From assembly GCA_964016885.1 (NCBI GenBank), contig OZ024742.1, positions 211,854,001 to 211,918,000 of the forward strand: DNA of 64,000 bases. Reading direction: 5' to 3'. This DNA is from Eledone cirrhosa (lineage: Eukaryota). The position numbers were made by a program, and so were the translations under genes. The notes under the pieces are model-generated. The model had not been told where the DNA came from, did not search any database, and saw only the letters and a list, made by a program, of their open reading frames with translations. Below, piece by piece: positions 59,140-64,000 of this stretch (position 1 is the first letter of the stretch; the number at the start of each line of letters is the position of its first letter).

Positions 59140-60076
59140 ATGAATACAGTTGGTATAATTTTATTTCAGTTAAAATCAAATTGTTTTACTCTCTATAACA
59201 ACAAATAATTTTCTCTCTGTTAATATATTCCCTCATCATTGCTATAGATTAATTAGAGATATCACACCTTGTTAATAAATTAAAATAAAATTTAAGCACG
59301 TTGAAAAAAAAGTAAATAAAATGAAACAAAATTTCAAAAAAATTTTAATTGGTGTTTTTTGATACAGCACCAAATTTGGCATCTTGTGATGTTGGTTAAT
59401 TCTAGTTAATATTGACTTAGCCTTTCAGCTTTTTGGAGTCGGTAAAATAACTACCAGTAATAAAATTGATTCTATATTTGACAGCATATAAAATACATTT
59501 TTATTCCAAAAAATGTTTTTCACAAAAACTTACACATTGGTCAATATATTTTAATAAATGTAGATAGAAATTCCACCCCCTTTTACCAAAGTATCCTGAA
59601 AAATGTGGTACATTGTATAAACTCCAATGATTCTTATATGCTGGCAAATATGGTTAATGGTCAAATTTATCCTAGACAGAAAGAAAACCTACATCTGTCT
59701 TTAGATAAAAGTCAACAAAAGAATCGATGTCAACAGGCTATACCTCTCTAGTCAAAATAATTTGTTTGTTATTATTTATTGGGCACTGGTTCCGTGTTTT
59801 ATAAATTTACATATTTATATAATTAGTTATATAATTAGACATTTGGAGTTTATTGTTCAGCAATAATTTTATTGTCTGGGTGTCAATTTTTATAACTTGA
59901 ATTTATAAATCAAAATTCAGTTTGTATATAATTGGAAGACCTAAAAAGAATCAATTAATTAGCAATATACCAGTGTTTCTCTGTAAATAGGAGTATATCC
60001 TAATAGAGAAATTTTCTTGCTATCATATTGTCATTACACTTTATTGCTGCACTGTCAAATTATTGTGAGAAAAATA

Positions 60077-60264
60077 CAGGGTGTTTCAAAAAATTTTATA
60101 TCAAAAGTCTGTTCCAAAGAATGTCACATTAAAATATACATTGCAAATTAGTGACAAATTTTGAGGAATAAATCTTATGTTGCTAAACATTAAGCCTGCT
60201 CAGTCTTGTCCAATATTTGGGATATTTATATCTCAAATGATATCAAATGTTTTGAAACACCCTG
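60077..60264. mobile_element. Tc1/mariner-type MITE
   Basis: TA-cagggtgtttcaaaa ... ttttgaaacaccctg-TA. Confidence 0.8.
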
Positions 60265-63200
60265 TACAATATGGATAGAGCAAGCATTTTATAGTAATTT
60301 GCCACCTTAGATTTTGATTTGCTCAACAATTTTTCTTAGTATGAAAATCTTTTCCCTGTGTCTAGTTGTAGTGCTCATAGAGAATATTTTCATTTTGTTG
60401 TTTAATATGTGCTTTGCTATTTGAAAATGTCAAAATTAGCATTTTTTTTTTCTGAAGAGATAAAACATTGGCCTATTGTTTTGATTTTGAAAGGTCAAGA
60501 CTTCAGTATATCCAACACCACTACCACAGAAAAAAAAAATGAAGAAATACAAAGAACAAAGACATTTGAATAAGTTTTTATTTGTTAGTAATGATCCCAT
60601 TGAATTGGGAAAAGTGTCCTTATAAAAGACTGATCCAGTGAGAAAAAAAGGCACAAATGTCACAGGTATGGGTGTGACATAAAGAGGCTAGATTACGGAA
60701 AAATATATGCTTGGGGAAAAAAGTATACAAATAAGTAAGATATTTTCTGTTAACAGCTCTGGGTTGAGTAATTTCATGCCCAAGAAATTTTACTGAACCT
60801 GCATTTTCAGGTTTTTATGCCAAAGTTTACTCTAATCTATGGAGACATAACATTGAAACAATTTCTAGTTAGCATTGATCCAGGTTTCTTCAGTTATTGA
60901 AACTTCTATTGAAAATAGTACTTTTTTATTTGAAGACAAACCTTATTTTCTAACTGATCTTATATTAACAAGTTAAATAAAAAAGAAAGCAATTTAAGGT
61001 TTAATAACTTTTAGACAAAATAATAAATCTTGTGAGTAGGTTTATTAATGTTTATTAACTATGACACTAATATTTACTGTAGTGCCATTAGAAGGAACTG
61101 AAAATTGGTTGTGTTGTAATTTTAAAAAAGAAAAAAAAAACATTTGGGGATTGTGAACATTTCAGCCCAAAAGATGTTTTTTTTAAATTCTACCTTATTA
61201 CTGGAATGGTTATCTCCATATTTTGTTTTTCTTTGTTACCAATAATTTGCTAACCTAACCATGAAGCAAACTGAGAATCAAGAAAATGTTTAACCCTACC
61301 ATCCAAAAAAGAAAAAAGTTTGAAAATTGTGACATTTTAAGATTAAGTAATCATTTCAACAATGAGTCTTTCTAAAAACAAGAAAAAGTAATGAAATTAT
61401 TATGGTTACTATTGAAAGAAATTAAAAGAAAAAAAAAAATTCAGGTGTGAGCAATTATTTTTGAAACAACAAACATATTTCTTCAAACATTAACAAAATG
61501 GCTTTATTTTAGTTTTTGAAAGTTTTTTCCTTTCTTTTTTCTTTTCCTTCTAAGTGAAGCCGTAATCTGAATGATTCAATATTATATGCACTTTGTAAAT
61601 AGCACAACTGATGTTATGCTAGATAAATAGCACAACTGATGGTGTTATGCTAGTTAAATAGCAGAAATGAATCCAATTAAATACCAAAGAAAGAACTATT
61701 ATTTGTGATATTAATTGTCATAGATTATGTTCTTACAATATTTTATTTCTTTCGGTGGTATCAACATAAGAACGTTCATTAGACAATAAAAACTATTAAG
61801 TAGCACAAGTATTTTTGTTTTAATTCCTTGCACTATTTTCTGCAGTTGATTACAGATTTTATTTTTTCTGTTTTTTACATTTTTATTAGTTAATCTAAGA
61901 AGAAAAGGCAATGTTTATATTGAAGGCTCCACATAATATTCACTGGGTAAGGTTAATATTCATTTAAAATTCATAGGCAGATTGGACATGTTGTTTCAGA
62001 ATGTTTTTCACAAAATGTTTTGTAGAATCTCAGTGCAGCTGACAGGAGGAGGGATTATGATTCCTTTGAAAGGTCTAGCTTGAGTGAGGTCATGAGGGAG
62101 TGAGAGAAGAGTTTGTTGTAGTCCAAGGTTAACTCTGATGGATTATTTAGGGATGTTTAGGATTACATAATCCCTTATTTCAGATGATAACATTTGATTT
62201 AAGGAGGATTGAGTTGTTATTTGTAGCAGGTTGAACAACTTCACAGAGATTCCTTTGTTGGCTTGCAGTCATAGTTGAAGAGACAGGCAGACACACCTAT
62301 ATACTGGAGTGAAAAAACATAAAAACAAAAACATTTCTTCAACCCTTGAATAATGATGACAGGGTAAAGGTGATAAATCTATGGTGTATTCAACTGATAT
62401 AACCTGACCGTAGCTCTCCTCTTATACATTCACCCTTTCATCACCAAACACACACATTTGAGCAGCTAAAATATTGCCTGTTATGTGTTGGACACAAGTA
62501 GAAACTGTATTGTTGATGTTACTTTCTAAAAGACAATGAAAGAAACAACAAACCATTTAATTGTAACTTCCTGACTAAAGGTGGCTCTCGTTCTATGAAA
62601 CAAAACCATCCATTTTAAAAGGTACCCATTTCAATTAAAATCTTTCAAAGTAATTTTAAGAACCCTATGTTAAGTTACTATCTTATCATTATCATCCTTA
62701 CTTAACGTTCATTTTCCCTAATCACCTCTCAGGTGGATAGTGGGGGTTGTATCTTGCTTCTACCAAGTGCTTAGATGGACCAGGTGTCTGCATTTGGTTT
62801 ATATGTTTCTGTAAGCTACCAAGTGCATTTTATCATGACATAGCTGAAGAGTCTGCCTGACCCTATGTTTGGTAGGTTTTCTATGGTTGAATGCCTTTCA
62901 TATGACCAACCATTTTACAGAGTACTGGACGTGTTTGAGAAATAATTAAAAAAAATATGCAAAGCCTATTTAGGAGCCAATAACTTTGATAATAGTAGCT
63001 GTTTGATAACATTATCTATGATTATATTAAGCAACTTCCACTATATCTGTAGTAAATCACTATCCTCTCTTCCTGACTTAATTTTCACTTGGTGGTAGAA
63101 ATCTTATTTCTATTTGTGAAAGCTAAAGTTTTGATATTTTCATTTCATCTAAAGAAAGTATGTCAGTTCCATTCCATGTAAGTTGGGTTTTTCATAGAAA

Positions 63201-63849
63201 CAATCTTGAACCCCATTATTTAACTTTGCATGAGACTGCATTACCAAAAGATTCTTGAAAAAAAAAAAAAAAAAAAAAAATGACCACTATGATTACATTT
63301 TCAAAAACATGCTCACCAGTAAAGATACTATAAACATTACTATAAACTTGTTTTTAGATATTTAGATATTTTCTACTAAATCATTACAGGGTGTTGAACT
63401 AAGCCAACATTAACTGATCTCAATATCAGTAACAGTTTTTGTCACATAATAGGCACTTAAATTACCTGGTGATAGAGATACCTGTGAATCAACACTATGT
63501 ACTAAACACTTGTTTAAAATGGATGAATTGATCACTACATTTCTGATAATTTCTGGTAACTCAGTTCAGAACAAATATTACAACGGTTTTTGGTAATGTA
63601 CATTAACAAAAAATGCACATTCATTGCACTATGCTGTCTAGAGAACAAGGAATGTCTTTAGTTCTGTCTGTATTCAGATGTCCCCACTTTATCAATCTAC
63701 TTCCCCCACCAATCATGGAGGTTATATCTAATGGATTGCACCAGATCTATCTATACCCCATAAATCCTGCCATCCTCTGTAGTGTAGTATAATTGTATGT
63801 ACTCAGTGCCTATTGTGTTTCATGAATCCTAACATGACAACCCACAAGA

Positions 63850-64000
63850 AATAAAATCATGAAAATTCCCACCAAAAATCAAAAAATCAAGAGACGGGAA
63901 GGATTCGAAGCAGACCTTAAGAAAATAGTCACAAACCTAAAATTCAGTAAGTCCCCTAATGCCCTTTAAATCACACCAAGAAATGACATTCGCAATATAA
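63850..64000 (+). mobile_element. Start of a decayed Penelope-like ORF running off the window
   Basis: KS*KFPPKI...GFEADLKKIVTNLKFSKSPNAL*ITPRNDIRNI resembles the pre-RT region of some PLEs (recognised from memory). Confidence 0.45.

Noticed and set aside
60589-60665. Possible AG...GT exon
   Set aside because: Stop codons in all three frames.
62150-62330. Possible minus-strand exon after a pyrimidine tract
   Set aside because: The sequence resembles a dispersed repeat also seen at about 52290-52500, and no protein motif is evident.

Overview
Eukaryotic, AT-rich, repeat-dense genomic DNA. The SINE families, (TA)n/(CA)n microsatellites and the transposon spectrum resemble an octopus/coleoid cephalopod (inference). 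One host gene is readable: a + strand multi-exon ankyrin-repeat gene. I assembled 15 coding exons from 5564 to 48168 (about 644 aa; the N-terminus lies upstream of the window). All 14 introns are GT-AG and phase 0, and the last exon encodes a poly-Gly/Ser tract and a C-terminal CaaX box (CSIL). Introns and flanks hold nested mobile DNA: R4/Dong-, RTE- and CR1-like LINE fragments, Penelope-like elements (PLEs), Gypsy-type LTR elements and solo LTRs with tRNA-Trp primer sites, a DD37D (maT) transposon, hAT and Tc1/mariner MITEs, Helitron ends, tRNA-derived SINEs and several minisatellites. The most notable unexplained signal is a set of type I hammerhead-ribozyme-like motifs (about 7 candidates, from near-intact to decayed). 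They sit in short non-coding elements with direct or inverted terminal repeats beside (TA)n tracts (PLE pseudo-LTR / retrozyme-like). Several have a U-U or C-A mismatch closing helix II or an enlarged helix II, and one is preceded by octamer-motif repeats. No rRNA, intact tRNA or CRISPR array was seen. All coordinates were read by eye.
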